This document shows, piece after piece, positions 1 to 7,378 of a stretch of 32,000 nt of DNA (the first letter of the stretch is position 1; each line of letters opens with the position of its first letter). The notes under the pieces were generated by a model. It was not told the origin of the DNA and made no database searches. It saw only the letters and a program-made list of their open reading frames with translations. The translations under genes and the position numbers were made by a program. Source of the stretch: Propionibacterium ruminifibrarum (GTDB taxonomy: Bacteria > Actinomycetota > Actinomycetes > Propionibacteriales > Propionibacteriaceae); NCBI RefSeq assembly GCF_900289195.1, contig NZ_OMOH01000011.1, positions 30,001-62,000 of the forward strand, written 5' to 3'.

Positions 1-477
1 GTCCACGACCGGGCGGCCCGCGTCGCCGTCGTCGCGATCATCAGCGGCCCGGTCCTGCTCTGCAGTCTCGTCGTCGCGCTCGTCCTGGCACCCGGATACG
101 ACGTTCCGGGCCTGATCGGCATGACCGTCGGAACATGGCTCGTCGCAATGGGCACCGGAACCTGGGTGGATGCGATGTGGCAGCAGCCCATGCCGCCACC
201 CACCTCGAGCGTCTTCACCCGCAACGCGGGCAGCACGGCCGAGACCTTCCTCGGGTCGGTGCTGACGATGATCCTGCCGGTCCTCGGCGGGGCGCCCTCG
301 GGTCTCCTGTTCATCCTGGCCACGGCCATGGGACGGCCGGCGCTGGGCTGGGCCGGGCTGATCGTCGGCCTGCTCGTCGGCGGACTCGCCTGCTGGGGCG
401 GTGTCGTGCTGGCCGGCCGGCGCCTGGACGGCCACTGGCCGGAGGTCCTCGCCAAGGTCAAGGAGCGTCTCACCTGA
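1..477 (+). CDS. Integral membrane protein, C-terminal part (5' end lies left of the window)
   Basis: Frame 1 is open from base 1 to the TGA at 475-477; the ORF track shows it only from Met 121. The translation is hydrophobic with TM-like stretches (LLFILATAMGRPALGWAGLIVGLLVGGLACWGGVVLAG). No family recognised. Confidence 0.45.
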   Translation, partial: VHDRAARVAVVAIISGPVLLCSLVVALVLAPGYDVPGLIGMTVGTWLVAMGTGTWVDAMWQQPMPPPTSSVFTRNAGSTAETFLGSVLTMILPVLGGAPSGLLFILATAMGRPALGWAGLIVGLLVGGLACWGGVVLAGRRLDGHWPEVLAKVKERLT

Positions 478-625
478 GTGGGGCGGGGCCACGGCTCCCG
501 GGGCGTTGTACCCTCGACCTTGCATGCCTGGGGCGCGATCATCCCGCGCTCGGCAGGCGCGGGATGGGGGAGCGGTGCCGAGCAGGACGGGAACCGGGAT
601 CGATGCCGGCCCGCCGCAGGGGGGC

Positions 626-1801
626 GTGCGGCTCGTGGGACGAACCGTGCACCCCTGGGCCTGGTGGGCCTGGGCCATCTGCGCTGCGGTGACCGTCAGC
701 CTCACGACCAACCCGTGGCTCATCGGGCTCGTGTGCGCCGCCGTGCTCGTCACCGTGCTGCGCCGCCGCAGCGACGAGCCGTGGGCCCGCTCACTGGGCG
801 TCTACCTGTCGATGGCCGGTTTCGTGCTCGTCATGCGCGTCTTCTTCGCCACCTTCTTCAGCGCCACCTCCTCCGGCACGCTGCTGTGGGACCTGCCCCA
901 GCTGTCGCTGCCCTCGTGGGCGGCGGGACTGCGCATCGGCGGACGGGTCTACCTGGAGCCCGTCCTCATGGCCTGCTTCGACGCGATGCGCCTGGCCGCG
1001 ATGCTGCTGTGCGTCGGCGCTGCGAACACCCTCGCCAACCCGCGCCGGGCGCTGCGCAGCGTGCCGGCCGCCCTGTACGAGATCTCGGTGGCCGTGGTCA
1101 TCGCGCTCACCGTCGCCCCGCAGATGATCGAATCGCTGGCCAGGGTGCGCCGCGCCCAGCGGCTTCGCGCCGGGGCGGTCACCGGCGTCGGCGGCCTGGC
1201 CCGTCTGGTCATCCCGGTTCTCGAGGACTCGGTCGAACGCGCCATGGGGCTGGCCCGGAGCATGGAGTCGCGCGGTTTCGGCAGGACACGGGCGGGCGGC
1301 GGCTCTGCGTGGGGGATCCTGCTCGGGCTGCTCGGCTCGGTCTGCCTGGGGATCGGGGCATTCCTCATGCTGGGCGGCAGCCGGCCGAGCCCGGTGTGGG
1401 TCGTGCTCCTCGCTGCCGGGGCGCTGGCCCTCGGCGCGGCCCTGCGCCTGGCCGGCCGTCGCCTCCAGGTCACCCACTACCGGCCCGATGACTGGTCGCG
1501 GCCCGAGTGGGTGGTCCTGGCCAGTGGCGTCGTGGCGGTCGCGGCCGCGGTCGCGGCAGGGCGCCTGGCCCCCGGCGCGCTGGACGTGACGATGCCGCCG
1601 CTGGCCCTGCCCGCCCTCCACCCGCTCTTCCTGTTCATCGTGGCCTCGCTGGCGGCCCCCGCCGTCCTGACCCCGCCACCGCCCCGCGTCTCGGACTGGC
1701 TCGCCTGGACGGCCCGGCGTTCCGAGCCGGAGCAGGAGCAGGCCGGTGGGCGGGCCGATCTCGACGCCGAACGACTCCGACCCCGAGGTGGTACGCCATG
1801 A
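626..1801 (+). CDS. ecfT: Energy-coupling factor transporter transmembrane component (EcfT/CbiQ family)
   Basis: Multi-TM protein with a CbiQ/EcfT-like layout (HPWAWWAWAICAAV..., ...ARVRRAQRLRG..., ARSMESRGFG). The stop overlaps the ATPase start (ATGA at 1798-1801). The start is uncertain: the in-frame GTG at 626 was chosen because the 401-625 part of the ORF is not protein-like. Confidence 0.75.
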   Translation: MRLVGRTVHPWAWWAWAICAAVTVSLTTNPWLIGLVCAAVLVTVLRRRSDEPWARSLGVYLSMAGFVLVMRVFFATFFSATSSGTLLWDLPQLSLPSWAAGLRIGGRVYLEPVLMACFDAMRLAAMLLCVGAANTLANPRRALRSVPAALYEISVAVVIALTVAPQMIESLARVRRAQRLRAGAVTGVGGLARLVIPVLEDSVERAMGLARSMESRGFGRTRAGGGSAWGILLGLLGSVCLGIGAFLMLGGSRPSPVWVVLLAAGALALGAALRLAGRRLQVTHYRPDDWSRPEWVVLASGVVAVAAAVAAGRLAPGALDVTMPPLALPALHPLFLFIVASLAAPAVLTPPPPRVSDWLAWTARRSEPEQEQAGGRADLDAERLRPRGGTP

Positions 1802-3402
1802 TCGACCTGATCGGATTGTCGGTGGGCTACCCGGGCCGTCCGGCCCCGGTCCTCGCGGACGTCAACCTGAGCATCGACGAGGGCGACCTGGTGCTCGTCG
1901 CCGGCCGCACCGGAACCGGCAAGTCGACCCTGCTGGGCACCGTCAACGGCCTCGTCCCGCGTTTCACGGGCGGGACGATGAGAGGCGCCGTCACCGTCGC
2001 AGGGCGCTCCACCGTCGATCATGCGGCCCGCGACATGGCCGACCTCGTCGGTTTCGTCGGCCAGGACCCGCTCGCCGGATTCGTCACCGACGTCGTCGAG
2101 GAGGAGATCGCCTACGGCATGGAACAGCTGGGCATCGCACCCGACGCGATGCGCAAACGTGTCGAGGAGACCCTCGACACGATGGGCATCGCGGACCTGC
2201 GCCGCCGCAGCCTGCGCAGCCTCTCGGGCGGCCAGCAGCAGCGCGTCGCCATCGCAGCGGTGCTCGCCGCCCAGCCGCAGGTGCTCGTCCTCGACGAGCC
2301 CACGTCGGCGCTCGACCCGACCGCGGCCAGCGACGTCCTGGCCGCCATCGGGGCGCTCGTCTGGGACGCGGGACTGACCGTCGTCCTGGCGGAGCATCGG
2401 CTCGAACGCGTCATGAAGCAGGTCGACCAGGTACTGTGGCTGCCCGGCGACGGCCGGGCCGAGTTCGGCCCGCCGGCCGAGGTACTCGCCCACGCGGACG
2501 TCGTCCCCCCGCTCGCCCAGCTCTCCCGAGCCATCGGCTGGGCCCAGGTGCCGTTGTCGGTGCGTGACGCCCGGCGACGGGTGGGCCGCGAGCACGTGGA
2601 GCCGTCGGTCATCGAACATGAACCGGCGCCGGTGGGGCCGACCACCGTGCGCGCCCGGGGACTGAGTGTCTCCTACGGGCCCGTCGTCGCGCTCGACGGC
2701 ATCGACATCGATCTCACCGCAGGACAGGTCACCGCCCTCATGGGACGCAACGGGGCCGGCAAGTCGACCCTGCTGTGGGCCCTGCAGGGCGGGCGGCGCA
2801 GCACCGGTGAACTCACCGTGGCCGGCGCCGACCCGCGCCGTCTCGGCGCCAGGGCGGCCCGCCGACTCGTCACGCTCGTCCCGCAGACCGCCGCCGACCT
2901 GCTCTACCTGCCCACCGTCGCCGCCGAGTGCGCCCAGGCCGACGAGGACGCCGGTGCCGCCCCCGGTGCCACGAGGGCGCTCCTGGAACGACTCGGCATG
3001 GACCTGCCGTCACGGACCGACCCGCGCGACCTGTCCGAGGGGCAGCGGCTCGGGCTCGTCCTCGCCATCCAGCTGTCCGCCGGAGCCGGCGTGCTCCTGC
3101 TCGACGAACCGACCCGCGGCCTCGACTACGAGGCCAAGCACCAGCTGCGCACCATGCTGCGCGCCCTGGCGGCCGACGGCGCCACGGTGCTCGTCAGCAC
3201 CCACGACGTCGAGTTCGCCGCCGGCGTCAGTGACCGGACGGTCATGATGGCCGACGCGCAGATCGTCGCCGACGGCCCGAGCCGGGAGGTCTGCGCCGCC
3301 TCGCCGAGCTTCGCCCCGCAGCTGGCCCGGGTCTTCGCGCCCCGCCCCGTCCTCACCCTGGACGACATCGACTGGGCCTCGGTGAGGGCGGTGCGGTCAT
3401 GA
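1798..3402 (+). CDS. ECF transporter ATPase, fused duplicated ABC domains (EcfA1-EcfA2 type)
   Basis: Two complete ABC cassettes. The first has GRTGTGKST, LSGGQQQRVAIA and LVLDEPTSALD. The second has GRNGAGKST, LSEGQRLGLVLA and LLLDEPTRGLD. ATGA overlaps at both ends (1798 and 3399). Confidence 0.9.
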   Translation: MIDLIGLSVGYPGRPAPVLADVNLSIDEGDLVLVAGRTGTGKSTLLGTVNGLVPRFTGGTMRGAVTVAGRSTVDHAARDMADLVGFVGQDPLAGFVTDVVEEEIAYGMEQLGIAPDAMRKRVEETLDTMGIADLRRRSLRSLSGGQQQRVAIAAVLAAQPQVLVLDEPTSALDPTAASDVLAAIGALVWDAGLTVVLAEHRLERVMKQVDQVLWLPGDGRAEFGPPAEVLAHADVVPPLAQLSRAIGWAQVPLSVRDARRRVGREHVEPSVIEHEPAPVGPTTVRARGLSVSYGPVVALDGIDIDLTAGQVTALMGRNGAGKSTLLWALQGGRRSTGELTVAGADPRRLGARAARRLVTLVPQTAADLLYLPTVAAECAQADEDAGAAPGATRALLERLGMDLPSRTDPRDLSEGQRLGLVLAIQLSAGAGVLLLDEPTRGLDYEAKHQLRTMLRALAADGATVLVSTHDVEFAAGVSDRTVMMADAQIVADGPSREVCAASPSFAPQLARVFAPRPVLTLDDIDWASVRAVRS

Positions 3403-4286
3403 GCCGCCGGGCCCGGGGCGGTGCGGTCTCGGTGACCTGGCGTTCGCGGGTCGCGCTCGTCGCGGCGGCGCTCATCGGTCTGGCCGTCTTCTGCTGGCCA
3501 CTCGTCGCGCCGTCCGGTGACGTCGCCGCCTACTCCGGGCGGGCGCCGTTCGTCTTCGCCCTGGTGCTCCCGGTGATCCTCGCTCTCGTGCTCGTCGAGC
3601 TGTCGAGCGGCGCGATCGACGTGAAGGCCCTCGCCATGCTGGGGGTGCTGACCGCGATCGACGCGGTCCTGCGCCCCCTCAGCGCCGGCACCGCTGGAAT
3701 CGACCTGGTCTTCTTCCTCATCATCCTGGGAGCCCGTGTCTTCGGCGCCGGGTTCGGTTTCATCATGGGCGCCATGGTGATGCTCGTGTCGTCCCTGCTC
3801 ATCGGCGGCGTCGGGCCGTGGCTGCCGTACCAGGCGCTGTGCTGCGCCTACGTGGGGCTCTTCGCCGGCGTCCTGCCCCGCAGGGTGCGCGGGGCGGCCG
3901 AGATCGCCATGCTGTGCGGCTGGGGGATGGTCGGCGCCGTGCTCTACGGCACCCTCATGGATTTCGCGTTCTGGCCCTACTACGCGGGTACGAGCGGGCT
4001 GGGCTGGGACGCCGAGGCCGGCCTGGGCCACAACCTGCACACCTTCGCTCTCTTCGAGCTGGCCACCGGCATGGGCTGGAACGTCGGGCGCGCCGTCACC
4101 ACCGCGGTCGCGATCATCCTGGTCGGTCCGGGCGTCCTGAGGGTGCTGCGCCGGGCGGACCGCAGGGCCTTCTTCGCCGAGGCCGACGAGCCGGCCCCGG
4201 GTGGGGAGTCCGCGCTCACGGACGCCGCACCCGGGACCCACCGGGCGGTTCAGGCCGCGGAGGACTGCTCCGCCTCGGGCGACTGA
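3399..4286 (+). CDS. ECF transporter S-component-like polytopic membrane protein (substrate unknown)
   Basis: 295 aa with about 6-7 hydrophobic helices. Translationally coupled (ATGA) to the ECF ATPase, in the T-AA'-S order common in Actinobacteria. The assignment rests on position and topology, not on a recognised signature. Confidence 0.6.
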   Translation: MSRRARGGAVSVTWRSRVALVAAALIGLAVFCWPLVAPSGDVAAYSGRAPFVFALVLPVILALVLVELSSGAIDVKALAMLGVLTAIDAVLRPLSAGTAGIDLVFFLIILGARVFGAGFGFIMGAMVMLVSSLLIGGVGPWLPYQALCCAYVGLFAGVLPRRVRGAAEIAMLCGWGMVGAVLYGTLMDFAFWPYYAGTSGLGWDAEAGLGHNLHTFALFELATGMGWNVGRAVTTAVAIILVGPGVLRVLRRADRRAFFAEADEPAPGGESALTDAAPGTHRAVQAAEDCSASGD

Positions 4287-4840
4287 TCCTGGTCGTCGGC
4301 GGCCGCCGTCTCATCGGCGTCGCCCGCCGCGGGGCCCGACGTGTCGATCTGCGGGGCCGCGTCACCCTCGATGCCCTCAGGCGTGCAGGTGGTGCCGTAG
4401 CACCACCCCTCGATCCAGCCGCCCTCCGGCGCGAAGGTGTCGGCCGACTCCTGCGAGTAGAACCAGGTGCCGGCGGGTTCGGCGTGGTAGTAGTTCCAGT
4501 AGCTGTCGGAGGTGACCGTGCACTCCGACGGGTAGCCGTCGATCTGGCAGATGAACTGGCTGTTGCCGTCGCGGGCGATCGTCAGGCCGGCCGCCTCAAG
4601 GGCCGCGGCGCCGTTCTCGGGGTTGCCGACGCACTGGTTGGCCAGCACCTCGCCCTGGTCGGTCGAGACGACCAGCCAGACCTGGCCGGCCCCGGTGCAC
4701 TCCTCGACGCTCGAATAGGTGCCGGTCGAGGCGGACGCCGAGGAGTCCTCCCCGGACGACGAGGAGCCGGAACAACCGACGAGCGAGGCGGCGGCGATGA
4801 GAGCCGTCGCGGCGGCAGCTGTCTTCGTACCGATGGACAT
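4250..4840 (-). CDS. Secreted lipoprotein with a DUF4430 / transcobalamin-like C-terminal domain pattern
   Basis: Signal peptide plus lipobox (AAASLVGC|SGSSSS). SD GGAAAGGA lies 6 nt upstream of the ATG. The core LEAAGLTIARDGNSQFICQIDGYP...SYWNYYHAEPAGTWFYSQESADTFAPEGGWIEGWCYG fits the DUF4430 pattern (G..I.sIdG...yW.y.vn...ga....l.dGd.i.w.y) as I recall it. Acidic low-complexity C-tail. The 3' end overlaps the convergent S-component gene by 37 nt. Confidence 0.7.
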   Translation of the reverse strand: MSIGTKTAAAATALIAAASLVGCSGSSSSGEDSSASASTGTYSSVEECTGAGQVWLVVSTDQGEVLANQCVGNPENGAAALEAAGLTIARDGNSQFICQIDGYPSECTVTSDSYWNYYHAEPAGTWFYSQESADTFAPEGGWIEGWCYGTTCTPEGIEGDAAPQIDTSGPAAGDADETAAADDQDQSPEAEQSSAA

Positions 4841-5010
4841 GTGTGGGTCCTTTCCCGGGACGCCCGGCGGCCGTCATCGGCGTCCCGAACAGGTGACGTG
4901 ACGAATCGGTGGGGCCGACGGACCGTGACGGCGGGGCGGCCGCACCGATCCCGATTGTACGGTTCGCCTCCCGCGTGAGGGCGGGCGCCCCGCTCCGGGG
5001 GCGGGCCCGA

Positions 5011-5619
5011 TCAGGCGGTGGCCCGGGTCACGTCGAGCACGCGGAAGCCCTTGGCCGAGCCCACCCGCACGACATGCCAGCCCTGCCGGGCCAGCCAGGC
5101 GGCCAGCGAGTCGGCCCCGAGATTCTTGCTGACCACCAGGTGCGCGACCCCGTCCTGGGTCAGCCGGCCGAGCCAGGTGTCCAGCAGCTCGTGCAGGGCC
5201 GCCTTGCCGATGCGGATCGGGGGATTCGACCAGATCTCGTCGTAGCGGACCGCGGGTCCGATCTGTTCCGGGGCGCATGCGGTGACACGATCGGCGACGC
5301 CGAGGGCCTTCGCGTTCGCGGCCGTCAGGGCGACGGCGCGTTCGTTCACGTCGATGGCGTCGACGTGCGCGTCGGGGCACTCCAGGGCGAGCCCCACCGC
5401 GATGGGGCCGAAGCCGCAGCCCAGATCGAGGAAGCGCGCCGGGCGGTTGACGGGCGGGTCGAGTTCGCGCAGCAGCACCGCCGTGCCGAGGTCGAGCCGG
5501 CCCGCGCTGAAGACCCCGTCCTCGCTGGCCAGGGTGAGGTCGTGACCCCAGATGCGGGCGCGGACGGTGCGGGGACGCCCGGGGCCGTCCGGCGTGACGA
5601 AGTAGTGGCTCATCCTCAT
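5011..5619 (-). CDS. Class I SAM-dependent methyltransferase, RsmC/RlmG-like small methyltransferase domain
   Basis: HYFVTPDGP...GVFSAGRLDLGTAVLL N-terminus, SAM motif I LDLGCGFGPIAV, and an NPPIRIG catalytic motif (NPPxH/NPPF-like). The ATG at 5619 overlaps the truA stop (ATGA). The ATG at 5613 is an alternative, with GGAGGG 6 nt upstream. Confidence 0.85.
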   Translation of the reverse strand: MRMSHYFVTPDGPGRPRTVRARIWGHDLTLASEDGVFSAGRLDLGTAVLLRELDPPVNRPARFLDLGCGFGPIAVGLALECPDAHVDAIDVNERAVALTAANAKALGVADRVTACAPEQIGPAVRYDEIWSNPPIRIGKAALHELLDTWLGRLTQDGVAHLVVSKNLGADSLAAWLARQGWHVVRVGSAKGFRVLDVTRATA

Positions 5620-6482
5620 CCCTCCGTGGTGCAGCCGCAGTCGTCCCGGGGCAGGGTACGAAGGGCTCGGGCCTGCCCGACGCGAGCCGCCAGCGCCCCG
5701 TCGTCGGGGTAGTGGACCTCCTCCAGGCACAGACCACCGGGCGGCATGACGTGGACGTCGCCGCACCGTCTCGTGCTGGCGGCCACCGCGTCGATCCACT
5801 CCAGGGGCCTGCGGCCGGTGCCGACGGCGACGAGGGCCCCGGTCAGGGACCGCACCATCGAATGGCAGAAGGCGTCGGCCCGTACCGTCACCTCGACCGT
5901 CCTGCTCGGGTCGCCGGCCCTGGTCGCCGCGCAGTCGAGCAGGGTGCGGATCGTCGTGGCCCCCGCGCGGCGCCTGCAGAAGGCGGCGAAGTCGCGCAGC
6001 CCCAGCAGGCGGGAGCCGGCCTCGCTCATGAGGTCGGTGTCGAGGACCTGGCCCACGGTGGTGGTGTGGCCGCGCAGCAGGGGGTCGGGGCGGGACCGCT
6101 CGTCCCACAGGCGGTACACGTAGCGGCGCCACGAGGCCGCGAACCGGGCGTCGAAGCCGGCCGGCGCCGGGCTCACGCGGTGCACGATGATGTCCGGCGG
6201 CAGGACCCTTCCCAGCCGGTGCCCCAGCTCGGCGGGGGAGATGCGGGCGGGTACGTCCACGTGGGCGACCTGGCCGCGGGCGTGGACGCCGGCGTCGGTG
6301 CGTCCGGCCACCGTCAGCTCGGCGGGAGCGCCCAGGCGGGCGACGCGTCCGATCCAGTCGGCCAACTCGCCCTCGACGGTGCGCAGGCCGGGCTGGATCG
6401 CCCAGCCGTGGAAGTCCGTGCCGTCGTAGCCGATGTCCAGGCGCAGGCGGTGCGTGCCGGTCCGTGTCGGTGCGGACGTCAT
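5616..6482 (-). CDS. truA: tRNA pseudouridine(38-40) synthase TruA
   Basis: RLRLDIGYDGTDFHGWAIQPG...VAGRTDAGVHARGQVAHVD (catalytic Asp motif RTDAGVHA), ...RRYVYRL..., ...FCHSMVRSL. The start ATG at 6482 overlaps the trmB stop (ATGA). The longer ORF in the track (to 6791) is not needed. Confidence 0.9.
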   Translation of the reverse strand: MTSAPTRTGTHRLRLDIGYDGTDFHGWAIQPGLRTVEGELADWIGRVARLGAPAELTVAGRTDAGVHARGQVAHVDVPARISPAELGHRLGRVLPPDIIVHRVSPAPAGFDARFAASWRRYVYRLWDERSRPDPLLRGHTTTVGQVLDTDLMSEAGSRLLGLRDFAAFCRRRAGATTIRTLLDCAATRAGDPSRTVEVTVRADAFCHSMVRSLTGALVAVGTGRRPLEWIDAVAASTRRCGDVHVMPPGGLCLEEVHYPDDGALAARVGQARALRTLPRDDCGCTTEG

Positions 6483-7285
6483 CGGGGCACCCGGGCCCAG
6501 ACGAGATCGCGGATCGTGCGGCCGGCCTCCATGCCCCGCCGCTCGAACCGGGTGACCGGCCGGTCGCCGCGCGGAGCCCATCCCCCGGGCAGGTCGGGGT
6601 ACCGGTTGGCGAACAGGGGGCTGGACCCCAGCACCTCGGTCATCTGCTCGGCGTAGTCGGCCCAGTCGGTTGCCAGACGCCACAGCCCGCCGTCCTCGAG
6701 ACGATCGGCGACCAGCTCGGCGAAGACCTGGTTGACCAGGCGTCGTTTGCGGTGCCGCTTCTTGGGCCAGGGGTCGGGGAAGAGGGTCCACAGCTCGGCC
6801 AGGGCGGCGGTGCCGACCAGTTCGCGCAGCCCCTCGGTGCCGTCGGCGGCGACGAGCCGCACATTGCGCACCCCAGCGCGGTCGAGCTTGCCCATCGTCG
6901 AGGCGATGGCCGGCGCGTAGACCTCGAAGGCCAGGACGTTCATGTCGGGTCGGGCGCCGGCCATGGCGACCAGCGAGTCGCCGACCCCCGAACCGATCTC
7001 GACGGCGAGCGGGGCCCGGCGCCCGAAGCGCTCGGCCAGATCGATCCGCGTGCCCGGGGCGACCGAGGTCGACATGTCGGCGCGGGGCACGTCGATGAGA
7101 TAGCGGGGTGCCAGATCGTCCATCGCCCGGTGCTGGGAGAGATTCATGCGCGGACTGCGGCGGACGAAGGAGACGACGCCCCGGCCGGGGTGGTCCGCCA
7201 CCGCACCGGCGGTGCGGGGCGCCGACGCGCCGACAGCGCCGGGCGAGCGGGGACCGGACGGATCAACATTGGCTGGCACGATCAC
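6479..7285 (-). CDS. trmB: tRNA (guanine46-N7)-methyltransferase TrmB
   Basis: VVSFVRRSPRMNLSQ..., EIGSGVGDSLVAMA (SAM motif), FPDPWPKKRHRKRRL (TrmB hallmark). The start is uncertain (GTG at 7285 or 7279). Confidence 0.85.
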   Translation of the reverse strand: MIVPANVDPSGPRSPGAVGASAPRTAGAVADHPGRGVVSFVRRSPRMNLSQHRAMDDLAPRYLIDVPRADMSTSVAPGTRIDLAERFGRRAPLAVEIGSGVGDSLVAMAGARPDMNVLAFEVYAPAIASTMGKLDRAGVRNVRLVAADGTEGLRELVGTAALAELWTLFPDPWPKKRHRKRRLVNQVFAELVADRLEDGGLWRLATDWADYAEQMTEVLGSSPLFANRYPDLPGGWAPRGDRPVTRFERRGMEAGRTIRDLVWARVPR

Positions 7286-7378
7286 CCAGCCTACTTGGTG
7301 CCACCTGCGGTGCCGCGCCGCCGGACACGGTGCGGGGCCGGCCCCGGGCGGGACCGGCCCCGGCTGGTCGGGCTCGGC

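Noticed and set aside
478-625. A cobalamin-riboswitch-like string (GGGAACCGGGAUCGAUGCCGGCCCGCC) between the first membrane gene and ecfT.
   Set aside because: It lacks the GGUG..AA..CC loop signature and the ACUGU element. There is no B12 box, and there is no space for one before the GTG at 626.
4250-4286. The 37-nt convergent overlap of the S-component and lipoprotein genes, considered as a sign of mis-annotation or a pseudogene.
   Set aside because: Both ORFs are intact, and both tails are low-complexity extensions. Short convergent overlaps are common in compact high-GC genomes. It is retained only as context in the ECF finding.
7329-7363. GC-rich words shared between the 3' region of the EF-G-like gene and the glmM/coaA convergent gap. 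GCGGGACCGGCCCCGG occurs at 7348-7363 and, reverse-complemented, at 15614-15629. GGTGCGGGGCCGG occurs at 7329-7341 and 15630-15642. I considered these a possible REP-like terminator repeat family.
   Set aside because: A rough calculation for this base composition gives several chance 16-mer identities in 32 kb when both strands are counted. The words are almost pure G/C. This is not distinguishable from chance without a genome-wide count.
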